Origin: Candidatus Kapaibacterium sp.
GTDB taxonomy: Bacteria; Bacteroidota; Ignavibacteria; Kapaibacteriales; UBA2268
Direction of reading: 5' to 3'
NCBI GenBank assembly: GCA_963664875.1
Contig: OY761611.1
Coordinates: 2,208,001-2,272,000, forward strand
Length of the DNA stretch: 64,000 nucleotides
Below are positions 32,399 through 43,055 of the stretch, piece after piece. Numbering within the stretch: the stretch's first letter is position 1; each line of letters starts with the position of its first letter. The translations under genes were made by a program, and so were the position numbers. Under the pieces are notes generated by a model. It did not search any database. It had not been told where the DNA came from and saw only the letters and a program-made list of their open reading frames with translations.

Positions 32399-33724
32399 CT
32401 ATTTGATTACAACAAATGGAATTGATTGAATCGCATTATTTGCTTTGAGGTGTAGGACGTAAGTACCCGCAGCAAATTCTGTACAGTCTATAGAGATTTG
32501 AGTCAGTGAATTACCCGCTATGTCAGATGAAACCTCTGCTACTTTAATGCCATCTATATTATAAATAGATATACTTTCCAAACCTACAGCCGGTGTGCTG
32601 AAACTGAGTTCTGCTCTATCTGTTACAGGGTTAGGATAAAGCTTCATCTCTGCAGCGAATGCCTCTTCTGTAACTGAAGTAACAATTTGGAAGAAAGATA
32701 CTGAATTGTTCGGAGTGTAGTCTGCGTTGCTTATGTTGCAAACAGATATAATATTATTAGAAATATCAAGCCCTTCGCCTTTTGCAGGCAACTCATACGA
32801 ATCAACCATCTCCCCTGTGGCAAGGTCGAAAGCTCTGAGGTCTTCGTTGTAGGTTGTTACGTATAATGTGTTTTCGTGGACTCTACTTTGGCGTGGACCG
32901 TTCAAACCCTCAGTACCTGTTGCTATTGTTTTTGCGATTTCTTTTGATTTCAAATCTATAACTTTTACTTCGTGGCTGCCGTTAACAGTTACATAAAGTT
33001 TGCCGTCAGCTATATTGATATGATTACCTGTGTCTCCCACATAAATGGTATCTATGGAAGTTACGGTAGTTCCTTCGCCTTGGTGATTCAATTTGTAAAT
33101 CATCACATTAGATGAGTCCACTCCGTAAGGGCCATTATTTAAAGCAACAAAACCCATTTCTCCGCTTACCATGTAAGGCAAGACTTCCATCAGGTTGATT
33201 CCTGCAGGGACATCAAAGAGTTTGTTTTTTGATTTTGTACTTATCACTTCGATTTTGGATTCAGCTCCCGGCACAGCAATAAATAAATGAGAAGAGTATA
33301 AACTCAACGATCCTGAATACCCGGTGTAAACATTTTCGTCTTTGACTGTGCCTAATCCGAGATTAAGAGCTACTATGCCTGTGCCTTGGCTAATATATAG
33401 AGTGCCGCTATTACTATCAAAGGCGTGGCGGGCGTTGAACTGAACTCCACCCATAGGAAAATCCATTACCTTTTCCGTTTCCATTGCACCGATATGAACT
33501 GGTATTTTCCACCACGAAGGATATTCATCACCTTCCTCAAAAACTCCGTTATAATTGAGATCGCGACCGACACAGAAAACTTGATAATAGCCTTCATAAT
33601 AAAATGATTCGGCAGGTTGCTGACCTACCTCGAAATCGTGCAAGTGCTTAAAGTCTGCCAAAGCCGAAAAAGTGAGTGTTGCAAATGCTACGGCAAACGC
33701 AAATAATCGCATAAGATTTTTCAT
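32399..33724 (-). CDS. YncE/BtuG-like beta-propeller with T9SS C-terminal sorting domain
   Basis: Sec signal peptide without lipobox; propeller motifs VGDTGNHI..KLYVTVNGSHEV.VID and GPRQ..LYVT.Y; CTD MKLYPNPV...GTYVLHL...FVVIK; first gene after the riboswitch. Confidence 0.72.
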   Translation of the reverse strand: MKNLMRLFAFAVAFATLTFSALADFKHLHDFEVGQQPAESFYYEGYYQVFCVGRDLNYNGVFEEGDEYPSWWKIPVHIGAMETEKVMDFPMGGVQFNARHAFDSNSGTLYISQGTGIVALNLGLGTVKDENVYTGYSGSLSLYSSHLFIAVPGAESKIEVISTKSKNKLFDVPAGINLMEVLPYMVSGEMGFVALNNGPYGVDSSNVMIYKLNHQGEGTTVTSIDTIYVGDTGNHINIADGKLYVTVNGSHEVKVIDLKSKEIAKTIATGTEGLNGPRQSRVHENTLYVTTYNEDLRAFDLATGEMVDSYELPAKGEGLDISNNIISVCNISNADYTPNNSVSFFQIVTSVTEEAFAAEMKLYPNPVTDRAELSFSTPAVGLESISIYNIDGIKVAEVSSDIAGNSLTQISIDCTEFAAGTYVLHLKANNAIQSIPFVVIK

Positions 33725-34098
33725 CTCACACCCCAAATAGATATATTTATAAAAAAAGATATTTCAAATAAGTATATTGACTGCCAAGTAGTTAAATGAT
33801 TGGTATATAGCTCCGCTACGCGTAATAGCTATGATGCCAATAATCATATTGAAGTAGTATAATTATATGATATTCAGCCTTGTGCAGACAGATACCTTCC
33901 GCTTATGCGAAACGAATCGATGAAATATTACAATACTAATTCAAAAACTAACACTTTGCTTTAAAAGCCAATTTCTTTGATAATCTAAATATGAGGTACG
34001 AAACAAACATGAAGGCAGTATAACTGCGGAACAGTCGGAATTGAACCTCATTGCATTCGTAAAGCGCGAATGTATATATATTGCTATAATCAATGAGA

Positions 34099-34250
34099 AT
34101 CCCAGGGCTGTATTCTGACTTCGGGGTCATTCGCTTTTTCCGCCTTCCCGCATAAGAAGCAGTGGCTTGCTTTCGCATGGAAAATTTGTCACCCGTCACA
34201 GCGGCGCAACCGTGCAGGAATTTCACCTGCTTCCAATCTACACCTGAGAC
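34099..34250 (-). promoter_or_regulatory. Cobalamin (B12) riboswitch
   Basis: Minus strand reads gtctcaggtg..ggaagcaggtgaaattcctgcacgg..gccgctgtga..gccactg..gggaaggc..aagtcagaatacagccctgggat, containing the B12-box elements; upstream of a btuB-containing operon. Confidence 0.92.
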
Positions 34251-34761
34251 TATGGACAAAACTAATAAGAGTAAGCTAATTATCCAAATAAATGTTTAGA
34301 TATTTGGAACTATGGGCAGTAAACAGCAGTGAGTCATGGCTTACATTGCTTAGTTTTTTTTACAGTATAGTACTCCTTTTTGCTATTCACTTCTCATTAC
34401 TCTGCTGTCATTTAGTTGTGCCTCTACTTTGGATTTTGCTAAACAAGCTATCAACTGTGTACTTATATGATATTACTTTCTAATTGTTGCTAAGGCTCAC
34501 TTGCTTTATAGCCAAAAATCAGCTTGTGGCAAGTCTATTTTACTTATTCATTACTAATATGGAAAGCCATAGACTTGAAAAATATGCAGTAATTAGGCTG
34601 ATTATGAAATATATTCATATAGTATAAAGTGATATGATATTTAGCACCATATATTCAAGTTAGTAGAAAATATGACATGGTATTATATGATTTAAATCCT
34701 ATAATATTAAGTACTTAGCGGCGTTTTTCTTTGTGTAGTTTGTTCACAGGAGAGAAAAATC

Positions 34762-35373
34762 ATGATACAAAAAAACGCTGAAACAAAAGTTGCCATTGAT
34801 TACACTTTGGCGTCTCGATGGAGTCCGTTTTCATTTAATCCATCCAAAAAATTGTCAAACGAACAGATAATTTCACTCTGCGAAGCCGGCAGGTGGGCAC
34901 ATTCTTCAATAAATGAAGAGCCTTGGAGGATAATAGTATGCGACAGAGAGCGCAATCCCAATGCTTTTGACAAATCAATGGAATGCATTGGCGAATGGCA
35001 TAGAAAATGGGCAAAAAATGCTCCTTTGATGTTGATTGTATGTGCTGACTATTTTATTAAAAAGAAAAACGTAACTCACAATAAATGGGCTCAGTACGAC
35101 ACGGGAGCATGTGCTGAAAACATAGCTCTACAGGCAACCGCCATAGGTGCTGCTTCGCATCAGATAGTCGGTTTTAGTGCTGCAAAGACCAGAGAGTTAT
35201 TTGACATTCCGGACAGATATGAGCCGATGGCATTTATGGCTATAGGCTACCAGGATATGTCAAACAAACTCGGCGAAGATTACTACGAAAAAGAATCTGA
35301 AGAAAGAAACAGAAGAGACCTCGGGGATTCTTTTTTTGACGGGGAATGGGGTAAAGCATATCTTTCCAAATAA
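34762..35373 (+). CDS. Nitroreductase family (FMN-binding) protein
   Basis: SRWSPFSF, WAHSSINEEPWRII, YDTGAC.ENIALQA, HQIVGF and AIGY motifs. Confidence 0.88.
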   Translation: MIQKNAETKVAIDYTLASRWSPFSFNPSKKLSNEQIISLCEAGRWAHSSINEEPWRIIVCDRERNPNAFDKSMECIGEWHRKWAKNAPLMLIVCADYFIKKKNVTHNKWAQYDTGACAENIALQATAIGAASHQIVGFSAAKTRELFDIPDRYEPMAFMAIGYQDMSNKLGEDYYEKESEERNRRDLGDSFFDGEWGKAYLSK

Positions 35374-35430
35374 ATGGCAAAGCTCATTTTGTTCCATTTG
35401 AAGAAATCAAAATAGTTGTAAAATTAGTAA

Positions 35431-35464
35431 AAAAAAGGACAAGGCTTTGCGGCTTTGTCCTTTT
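35431..35464. terminator. Bidirectional terminator between convergent genes
   Basis: aaaaggacaaggc...gctttgtcctttt. Confidence 0.7.
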
Positions 35465-35484
35465 AAATTTGGTGTGTGGCGTTA

Positions 35485-38244
35485 CTATTTGCTGATCTCG
35501 CTCTGCAAATACTTCAAAGCCTCTTCGAGTATTATGTCTCTGTCGAGAGCTTTGTAAATCGGATTATCATCAACGATTACATCGGGTTTTTGCTGACCGC
35601 TGATAGTTTCTCCGTCAAAAAGGAGATTGAGGGCAGGCATCGAGATGTAATAGTTGCCTGCTAGATTTACAATATCCATTATCGAAGAATTGCCCGAAGT
35701 TAGCTTGCCAAATGATTTTGCAATTTTACCGTTAGATGCGGTTTTCAATATTGCTTCGGAAAAACCGCTTGTTTTTTCGTCTATAAGCAAGGCTAACTTA
35801 GCTCTGAATGCAATATCGCTCGGAACAAGATTGCCACCAAGAGTATCACGTTTTGGAAGTTTTGCGGCGTGGTAATAAGTAAAACTCTCTCCTGAGTAGC
35901 ATTTAACTGTATCTTTCAGGAAGAAAGAAAGAAAATGTTCGGACACGAGTGCATTGCCTCTGAGATCTAAAATAATCCCTGAATAATCTTTCAAGCCGTC
36001 TATAAGTTTTGCCAATTCTTTATCATCGACTGCACAGGCATCAATATAAACCACAGAACTATCAACCAAAGCAATGCGTTCAGGAACAAAATATTTCAAC
36101 TCGCCCAGCAGCATGTTTTGTTCTACAGTTACTGAATATACTGACTCATCAGGTCTCATTAGTTCTAAGGAAACAGATTTGTCGCGGTATTTGTCTGTAA
36201 ATATCATATTAACCGCTTTTGCATATCGAGTCTCAATATTATCTGCAGGATTTAGAGTTTTGAGTTTATCTTCGACCAACTCATTTATCGGAATATTGTT
36301 GATTTTTAGAATTCTGTCTCCAGGATTGATATTGGAAGCAGAATCAAGCGTTTTGGTAATAATAACCTGATTATTGTAATATTCAGCAAGAAACGGAAGA
36401 TACTGAACGAGCTCGTCTTCGCCTTTCCAAATAGACACACCAGGCACATTGAGGCTGTAAACAGCTTCGCTTAATGCTTGCTGAAAACTATCCCTATTGT
36501 TAGCTACGGCTACTTTGTCGAAAAGAGTATTAAGTAGCTTGTTTTTTAAAGAATCATCAGATGATTTTTCAAAAAATCTAATTGCATTCCAAAGATTTAT
36601 AGCGATAGAGAGTCGAGAGTTCAAATCTTCTTCCAGATAAACAAACGAAGAATCTCTACCGGTAGTTAATGAAGGCAAAATAGATTCCGGCAGCAATTTG
36701 TATCCGTCGGAGTAAAAGCAGAGCGGAACATTAGCCCATAAAGTATCTTGAAGAGCTAAAGCTAAGCTTTCGCCCGGTGCAGGGAACGGCAAGGATTGAC
36801 TTTCGTCAGAGCTGATAACGAGGTAGTTATTTGATTTGCTTTTTTCCACGTAAATATTGTATCCTGCAAGTCTGCTGTGCTCGGGGATTAGCCATTTTGC
36901 GGGAGAGCCGTCGCTATCTAAAATATCAAATTCCGGATTGAACAATTTGAAAGGAAGCTCTACACCTTGAGTAACAATTTTTGATTTAATGTTGTCAAAT
37001 GTAGCTTTGCCGTCGCCATTTAGAGTAAATGCCAAAGTAATGGTCTGCGTGCCATCAGGAAAATCAAATTGAGTAGTATATCTTTTTAGCTTTTTATCTG
37101 TGATACGTATATTGTCAGCTATCAATTTTGCAAGAGGTTTGCCGTTTTGACCGTCTATTTTGATCCATAGCTCGCCTCTTGAACCTGTGATTTTAGAATC
37201 AAGAGAAGCGTCAAAAGAAACTTCCATTTTGCCGGCTTTGAAATCACTAAGACTCACAATCTGCATAGCTGTACCGTGCGATTTCCTTTGTGAATTCATA
37301 ATATTTATATTTGAAGAAACAAAGTTATCATCTTGTTTCAACTCCGGCAGACCGCTATGAATCATAGCCATAACTACATCTTCCAAAGCACCTTTAGGTT
37401 TAGTATATGACTTTAACCCATCTTTATTTTTCGCAAAGCTAATGCCAGGCAAAGTATATTTGCAAAGCGGATTGATTTGAGCAAGAAAATCAATATCATT
37501 TTTTGCCTTTAGCGAAGCATTTACTCCATGAAGCAGGATATTATCCCAGTCTATACTTTCAATTTTAGACTGCGAAGAATAATATCTCATATATCCGAAT
37601 AGCTTAGCAAAGATTGTAAGATAATGTTTTTGCAGTTCAGAGAGGTTTGTTTCTCGGTTAATAGCTTCAAATCCTGAATGTACAAGTTTAAAATCAAGCT
37701 CGTCAACCCATATTCTACCCTGACCTCTGCTAAATGCACCGTAGCTTATTTTGTCAGCTTCCAGAGGAACATAAAACTTAATCTCATATTTAGTCCAACT
37801 GTCTTTTTGCGTAGTTGGGATATACTCAGTATTATAAACATCCAGTGGAGTAGTTCCCTGAAACAAATTCACCCATAATCCTGCCTGAGATTTATCGCTT
37901 AGGTATTGTTCTTTTATATAGCCGGTAAGAGTAACCCATTTCCCACGGAACGCAAACGCATCAAGCTCCTGTTTCAACACGCCCTCTTTTTCTTTCAAAG
38001 GCAAAGTATCAGAAATGGTATAATTAGAAATCTCAGCTGAGAATTTTCCGTTATTTACTTCGGTGTCAGTTAAAACAGCGACATATCCCCGCTTCTCCGA
38101 ATTTTGAGTCATCGACCATGAGATTGGCATTTCGCCTTTGATGCCCAATTCAAATTTGGTATTATAAGGATGAGGAATAGAAGCAAAACAAAAATTACCA
38201 AAGAAAGAAAGAAGAAAAATTGCAACAGATAGATTTTTTATCAT
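35485..38244 (-). CDS. S41-family peptidase-like protein with two carbohydrate-binding-like domains and a PDZ domain
   Basis: FAKLFGYMRYY helical unit, PGDRILKIN PDZ, GIILDLRGN, FGKLTSG, PDVIV; two jelly-roll domains (WTKYEI..VP..I.YG..G.G.IWVDE). Confidence 0.75.
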   Translation of the reverse strand: MIKNLSVAIFLLSFFGNFCFASIPHPYNTKFELGIKGEMPISWSMTQNSEKRGYVAVLTDTEVNNGKFSAEISNYTISDTLPLKEKEGVLKQELDAFAFRGKWVTLTGYIKEQYLSDKSQAGLWVNLFQGTTPLDVYNTEYIPTTQKDSWTKYEIKFYVPLEADKISYGAFSRGQGRIWVDELDFKLVHSGFEAINRETNLSELQKHYLTIFAKLFGYMRYYSSQSKIESIDWDNILLHGVNASLKAKNDIDFLAQINPLCKYTLPGISFAKNKDGLKSYTKPKGALEDVVMAMIHSGLPELKQDDNFVSSNINIMNSQRKSHGTAMQIVSLSDFKAGKMEVSFDASLDSKITGSRGELWIKIDGQNGKPLAKLIADNIRITDKKLKRYTTQFDFPDGTQTITLAFTLNGDGKATFDNIKSKIVTQGVELPFKLFNPEFDILDSDGSPAKWLIPEHSRLAGYNIYVEKSKSNNYLVISSDESQSLPFPAPGESLALALQDTLWANVPLCFYSDGYKLLPESILPSLTTGRDSSFVYLEEDLNSRLSIAINLWNAIRFFEKSSDDSLKNKLLNTLFDKVAVANNRDSFQQALSEAVYSLNVPGVSIWKGEDELVQYLPFLAEYYNNQVIITKTLDSASNINPGDRILKINNIPINELVEDKLKTLNPADNIETRYAKAVNMIFTDKYRDKSVSLELMRPDESVYSVTVEQNMLLGELKYFVPERIALVDSSVVYIDACAVDDKELAKLIDGLKDYSGIILDLRGNALVSEHFLSFFLKDTVKCYSGESFTYYHAAKLPKRDTLGGNLVPSDIAFRAKLALLIDEKTSGFSEAILKTASNGKIAKSFGKLTSGNSSIMDIVNLAGNYYISMPALNLLFDGETISGQQKPDVIVDDNPIYKALDRDIILEEALKYLQSEISK

Positions 38245-38604
38245 TTTTAAACCTCACTATGTTTTACTCTTTAGTGCATTTCATATTACGAAAAAAAATA
38301 TTCGTCCAATATACGTAAAATAAATATATTTAGTATGCCGGCATAGTAATAGACACAATACATGCTATTAAGTTAGCAGATAAAATAATCATACTTAGTA
38401 TTTTTCTGTCCGAGTCTTCCATTTTTTAACAATAACATTAGCGAATTTAGATTTCATTCTTAAAATATTAGTCGCAACTTTGAATTTTCCATTTTTATAG
38501 AATTCTTATGCTGCTATACATTAAATTTTTAGTCAATTATCGAAATTTTATTTATATTAATATTACACCAAAACGTAAGTCCAAATCTAATTATATATAA
38601 TTGT

Positions 38605-41268
38605 ATGCAAAACACAGGGCATAGAAAAATCGGCTATATAAAAAAGTATAGCAAGTATGAAGCATTTTCGGATAATCAAAGCAATACGCTGAGGGCTTGC
38701 CCTGCATTTATAGGTGCAGATTGTTTTGATTTGTTTTTTTATGCCAAGACTCAGATTGATGTTTTTGACAGAGCCGGAGATATCTTAATATCCAATACAC
38801 TTTATTTAGATCATGGTGAACCATACAATATATTACTTGACCCACAGCTGGAGCTTTTTGATTTGTCTGCGAGATTTGAAGAGGTCAAATCAGGAAAAAT
38901 GATTGAATTTCCTGCAATAGAATATTTTATAAATGCTACTCAGTCCTTGTGGTTAGAAATAAAATTGATGCCTGTAAGTGATACAAATGATTCGGCAATT
39001 GTTTGTATCAGTCAAGATGTGAGCAAGTATAAAAACAAAGAATTTGAACTACTCCGAAATATGGCTGATAAAACAACTCATCATAAGCCCGGGCAGCAGC
39101 TGATAAGCGATCATGTTGCTTTTTTAAAATATTTTATTAAGCTTTTGCCCCATGATGTAGCTGTTTTCAATTCCGAAAAGAAGCTAATTTGTAGCAATTA
39201 CGAGCTCAAACAAGGTGTCATGGAAGAATCTTACATCAGCTCCATTGCTCCTAAAGTCAGCACTTTTAAGCCATTTACTTATCTTGGGCATAAATTCTAT
39301 GTCCAATTTAAAGATTCAATGCCTGACCGCTTGAATCTACACAAAGATGTGCTTTGTGTAACTGATATAGATGGAATGATACTTGACATATCTGATTCAG
39401 CCGAAAAATATTTGGATGAACCCAAAAGCAAGCTAATTGGAAATAATATCCAAAACTATTATAAATTTCCCAAAGAGCGGGAAACTATAATCAAAAAAAT
39501 CAAACAAGATAAGAGTATCTCTGATTATACTTTAACCTTAAAAAATTCGAAAGGAAGAGTCTTCAGGCATCTGACAAATATCAAACTTATTGAAGATTTT
39601 TCCAAACCCGTTCTGGTGTCTTCACTGAGAGAGATAGACAGCACAAGCTCCAAGTTGGAAAAGGTGTGCCGCAGCGAAGAATTGCTGACAGAAACACAAA
39701 AATTTTCTAAAACAGGTAGCTGGACTTATGATTTGTTAGATGGCGAACTTGACTTCTCACAGCAGTTAGCTGTTATCTTTGATTTGGAACCGGATGCAAT
39801 TGCTATGAGAAACCTAATTAGACCAATTGCTTGTAAAGATAAAATAAGGACGCTTAGATTCTTTGCTAATCTTAAATCTGCTGACAAACAAATTTCTCTT
39901 GAATGTATGATACTTACCAAACTTGGGAACAAAAAAATAATCTATTCTGAAGGGAAATTGGAAAAGGATTATTACGGCAATCCTCGCAGAATTGTTGGTT
40001 TTACACAAGATATTACTAAACTAAGAGAATTTGAAGCCGAAAAACAAACAGCACAAAACGACATGACTTCCTTGTATCGAGCCATACCGGCGATGCTGAT
40101 TCAAACTGATGAATTGTGCAATATAGTAAATGCTAGTATGTATTGTTTGGATAAACTCGGATATAATCTCAATGAAATTAAAGATCAACCATTGTACGAA
40201 TTGTTGCTGAAAGAGGGAAAAGTAATAGATATTTGCACTTTGAAAAATGCGACTCAAATCGATGCAGATATTATCAAAAAAGACAACACATTGCTACATG
40301 TTCGTGTTAATATCTCACCAATATTTGACAGAGAAAACATCACCGGCTTGACTGTTGTTTTGTCGGACATCTCCGATAAAGTACAAATCAACAGAGAATT
40401 AGAAATCAAAACTCAGGATTTGACCAATCGGGTAGAAATGAAAGCAGAAAAGCTTAAAGAGATGGTAGAGACTCTGCAAGCTGAAAATGAAAGGAATAAG
40501 AAACTGCAGTCTCAATTAGTCAAAGCTCAGCTCGAAATATCTAAAACTTTAGCTACTGAGCAGGAATCCAGCGAGCTTAAATCCAGATTTATTGATATGA
40601 TTTCTCATGAGTACAGAACTCCTCTGACTGTAATTATGTCTTCTGCTTATATAATCGAAAGGCTAGCAGACATAAATAATGATCAAAAAATACCTAAACA
40701 TATAGATAAGATTATTAAAGCATCACATGCAATGACCGGGCTTTTGGATAGTACATTAGATATGGTATTTCAGAATAGGCACGATTATCAGTTTATGCCT
40801 TCGCTATTCAATCTTGACAACTGTCTTGAAAGAGTAATCAAAGAGCTTGAAATAATAGACGGCAACTCGCACAAAATTGAATATATAAATAAAATTGAAG
40901 AACCTACCCTTTATACTGATTTAAGGCTAACAAGACTTGCCGTATATAATATTATTATGAATGCTCTCAAATATTCTCCCAAAAACTCTACTGTAACGAT
41001 AAAAGCAGAAGAAAATGACGGTATTGTTACTATCTCAGTAAGAGATGAGGGAGATGGCATTCCCGAATCAGAGCAGGATATGATATTTACACCATTTTAC
41101 AGGGGTAGCCAGATGGGCGGTCTGGTGCCGGGCACCGGATTGGGGCTAACAGTCAGCAAATCATGTATCGAAAAACTAAACGGGACAATAACATTTGATA
41201 CAGAGCATGGAAAAGGCAGCAGCTTCTACTGTACCTTCCCAAAGAGATTTGTGCTGAGAAGTAAATAA
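38605..41268 (+). CDS. Cytoplasmic multi-PAS sensor histidine kinase
   Basis: PAS/PAC repeats, H-box ISHEYRTPL, N-box NALKYS, DEGDGIP, GTGLGL; no TM segment. Confidence 0.9.
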   Translation: MQNTGHRKIGYIKKYSKYEAFSDNQSNTLRACPAFIGADCFDLFFYAKTQIDVFDRAGDILISNTLYLDHGEPYNILLDPQLELFDLSARFEEVKSGKMIEFPAIEYFINATQSLWLEIKLMPVSDTNDSAIVCISQDVSKYKNKEFELLRNMADKTTHHKPGQQLISDHVAFLKYFIKLLPHDVAVFNSEKKLICSNYELKQGVMEESYISSIAPKVSTFKPFTYLGHKFYVQFKDSMPDRLNLHKDVLCVTDIDGMILDISDSAEKYLDEPKSKLIGNNIQNYYKFPKERETIIKKIKQDKSISDYTLTLKNSKGRVFRHLTNIKLIEDFSKPVLVSSLREIDSTSSKLEKVCRSEELLTETQKFSKTGSWTYDLLDGELDFSQQLAVIFDLEPDAIAMRNLIRPIACKDKIRTLRFFANLKSADKQISLECMILTKLGNKKIIYSEGKLEKDYYGNPRRIVGFTQDITKLREFEAEKQTAQNDMTSLYRAIPAMLIQTDELCNIVNASMYCLDKLGYNLNEIKDQPLYELLLKEGKVIDICTLKNATQIDADIIKKDNTLLHVRVNISPIFDRENITGLTVVLSDISDKVQINRELEIKTQDLTNRVEMKAEKLKEMVETLQAENERNKKLQSQLVKAQLEISKTLATEQESSELKSRFIDMISHEYRTPLTVIMSSAYIIERLADINNDQKIPKHIDKIIKASHAMTGLLDSTLDMVFQNRHDYQFMPSLFNLDNCLERVIKELEIIDGNSHKIEYINKIEEPTLYTDLRLTRLAVYNIIMNALKYSPKNSTVTIKAEENDGIVTISVRDEGDGIPESEQDMIFTPFYRGSQMGGLVPGTGLGLTVSKSCIEKLNGTITFDTEHGKGSSFYCTFPKRFVLRSK

Positions 41269-41357
41269 GCTTATTAAGAAAAAGAAAATACTAGTAACTT
41301 CTTTGGTTTGTAGAGAAGAATACAATTCGTATTTGTTAGTAAATCTTACATATTACA

Positions 41358-41392
41358 TTATTGGCAAGGGGTTTTTACTCCCCTGCCAATAA
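41358..41392. terminator. Hairpin between the convergent kinase and T9SS cargo genes
   Basis: ttattggca.gggg...cccctgccaataa inverted repeat. Confidence 0.6.
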
Positions 41393-41443
41393 ACAAAAAT
41401 ATTACTTGATTGGATTTTCTAATCCCATTTTTGGGATAAATGA

Positions 41444-41751
41444 ATCCCACCTATTTCACTACAACAATCTTCTTCATAGCCGAAACTTCGCCGTTGTGTT
41501 TTACATTCAGGAAATATGTGCCTGCTGTGAGGTAGTCCGGCAAATTGAAACTGAGGGCGTGTTGAGTGCCTGCTGTGAGATGCTCTGAGGCAAGCGGCAG
41601 CTCGAACTCTCTTCCGCTGAGGTCGCTGATTGAATAAGAATAGTCGCCTGACTGTTGCACTTCGAATGACACGCTAAGGCTTGCGCCTGAGTAAACAGGA
41701 TTTGGATTTGCCGCAAGGCTGTTTATCTTTCGTCTTAGTTCGGATATGGAG
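41444..41751. repeat. 308-bp direct repeat copy 1 (T9SS CTD-coding module)
   Basis: Matches 43210-43517 with 7 substitutions by manual alignment; ~48% GC. Confidence 0.95.
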
Positions 41752-42890
41752 GTTTTAGCTTCTAAAGTAGCAATAAAGCCGTTAAACGCCAACATCCCTT
41801 TAGTTTCGGAGCTCATTGCGGCATCACGAATAATTGGTCGCATTTCTTTAGGCCATTCCTCACCATATTCTGATTCATAAAAAGTATTGCAATTGTCATT
41901 GCTTACAAAAACCCTAGACGTAGTAATTACTACCATAATATTCTTATCAATGGCATCCAATTTTTGAATGACACCCCTACTCTCACTCAATACAGTATCT
42001 ATAGTTGCTCCAAAATCATGAGATTTGTACAATGCAGTAACCGTGACAACTTTAGTAGAACTATCGCCTACCGGATCGATATAAGGCTGAGTTTTTGCAT
42101 ATTGCATAGCGAGATATAATGTATTATCATGAGATAAATGAAGATAATCGCAAACTCTATTATCCATTCGAGGTTTGGTTTGCCATGTTTTGCCTCTATC
42201 AAAAGAAACAAGCAATTTGAAGTCCCATTCATAATCAAGAGAAGGATTCTGTAAATCCTCGAATCGAACAAGTTCGACTACAACAAAGCAAGTATCTCCA
42301 AAAACATAAGATTGGACAGGATCGACGTAGTCCTTCGAATAAAACGAAGTATCATAATCTATTTTGATTACCTCTTTTTCCCAAGTTTTCCCCTTATCTG
42401 TGCTTATAGCCAATGTGTCAGGCCAGACCACACACGAAAGTGTTCCATTGTGATAATTAATCTTCCCATATATATAATTAGTATCAAACGGAAAAAAATC
42501 ATTCCCCCAAGTCTCGCCATCATCTGTGCTACGAATCACTCTGTCATTTTTTGCCTGAGCCCAAAGTTCTCCATCTCCTAAATTGATAAGATTAATAATG
42601 AAATCCGGATCCCAAAAATTTTTAAGTTTTACACTATCTCTTCTAAATACAGTTTTCCATGTCTTACCATAATCAGTTGTTTTTTCAAAATAAATATATG
42701 GCTCTAAAGCTCCTTTCACAGAGTGTGCCCAGATATAAGTGTTCGAATCAATATCTATTATTTCAGTAGTTTCTGCCCAAAGCGTATCATTCGCAGGCTG
42801 GTGAAGTTTCCATTCATTTGCAACTGCATACGTGTTTAGGGTAGCTAAAAATAATGAAGTTAAAAATACCATATTAAAAACCGCTTTCAT
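41451..42890 (-). CDS. Asp-box (BNR) repeat beta-propeller protein with T9SS C-terminal sorting domain
   Basis: KTTDYGKTW, RSTDDGETW, STDKGKTW, SFDRGKTW; CTD ANPNPV...GTYFLNV...KKIVVVK; start MKAVF with AGGAG RBS (the ORF track extends to 43004). Confidence 0.85.
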   Translation of the reverse strand: MKAVFNMVFLTSLFLATLNTYAVANEWKLHQPANDTLWAETTEIIDIDSNTYIWAHSVKGALEPYIYFEKTTDYGKTWKTVFRRDSVKLKNFWDPDFIINLINLGDGELWAQAKNDRVIRSTDDGETWGNDFFPFDTNYIYGKINYHNGTLSCVVWPDTLAISTDKGKTWEKEVIKIDYDTSFYSKDYVDPVQSYVFGDTCFVVVELVRFEDLQNPSLDYEWDFKLLVSFDRGKTWQTKPRMDNRVCDYLHLSHDNTLYLAMQYAKTQPYIDPVGDSSTKVVTVTALYKSHDFGATIDTVLSESRGVIQKLDAIDKNIMVVITTSRVFVSNDNCNTFYESEYGEEWPKEMRPIIRDAAMSSETKGMLAFNGFIATLEAKTSISELRRKINSLAANPNPVYSGASLSVSFEVQQSGDYSYSISDLSGREFELPLASEHLTAGTQHALSFNLPDYLTAGTYFLNVKHNGEVSAMKKIVVVK

Positions 42891-43055
42891 AACAACTCCT
42901 AATTTTAATAACTCAGTTTGATATATAAAGAAATACATTGTATTTACACTATATAACAACAATATCAATAAAATGTTCACAATAAAATAAAAAAATATTA
43001 GCATTGATTAGGTGAAAATATCATAGGATATGACAATAGGAAAGTGTCTTGTGAA

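Noticed and set aside
33948-34259. 103-aa ORF in the track
   Set aside because: Overlaps the riboswitch aptamer, has no recognisable motif and is probably spurious
34762-35373. BluB (DMB synthase), suggested by its position next to the B12 riboswitch
   Set aside because: Motifs fit the generic RWSP-type nitroreductase rather than BluB (no RRDVR-type motif), and the gene is transcribed away from the riboswitch on the other strand
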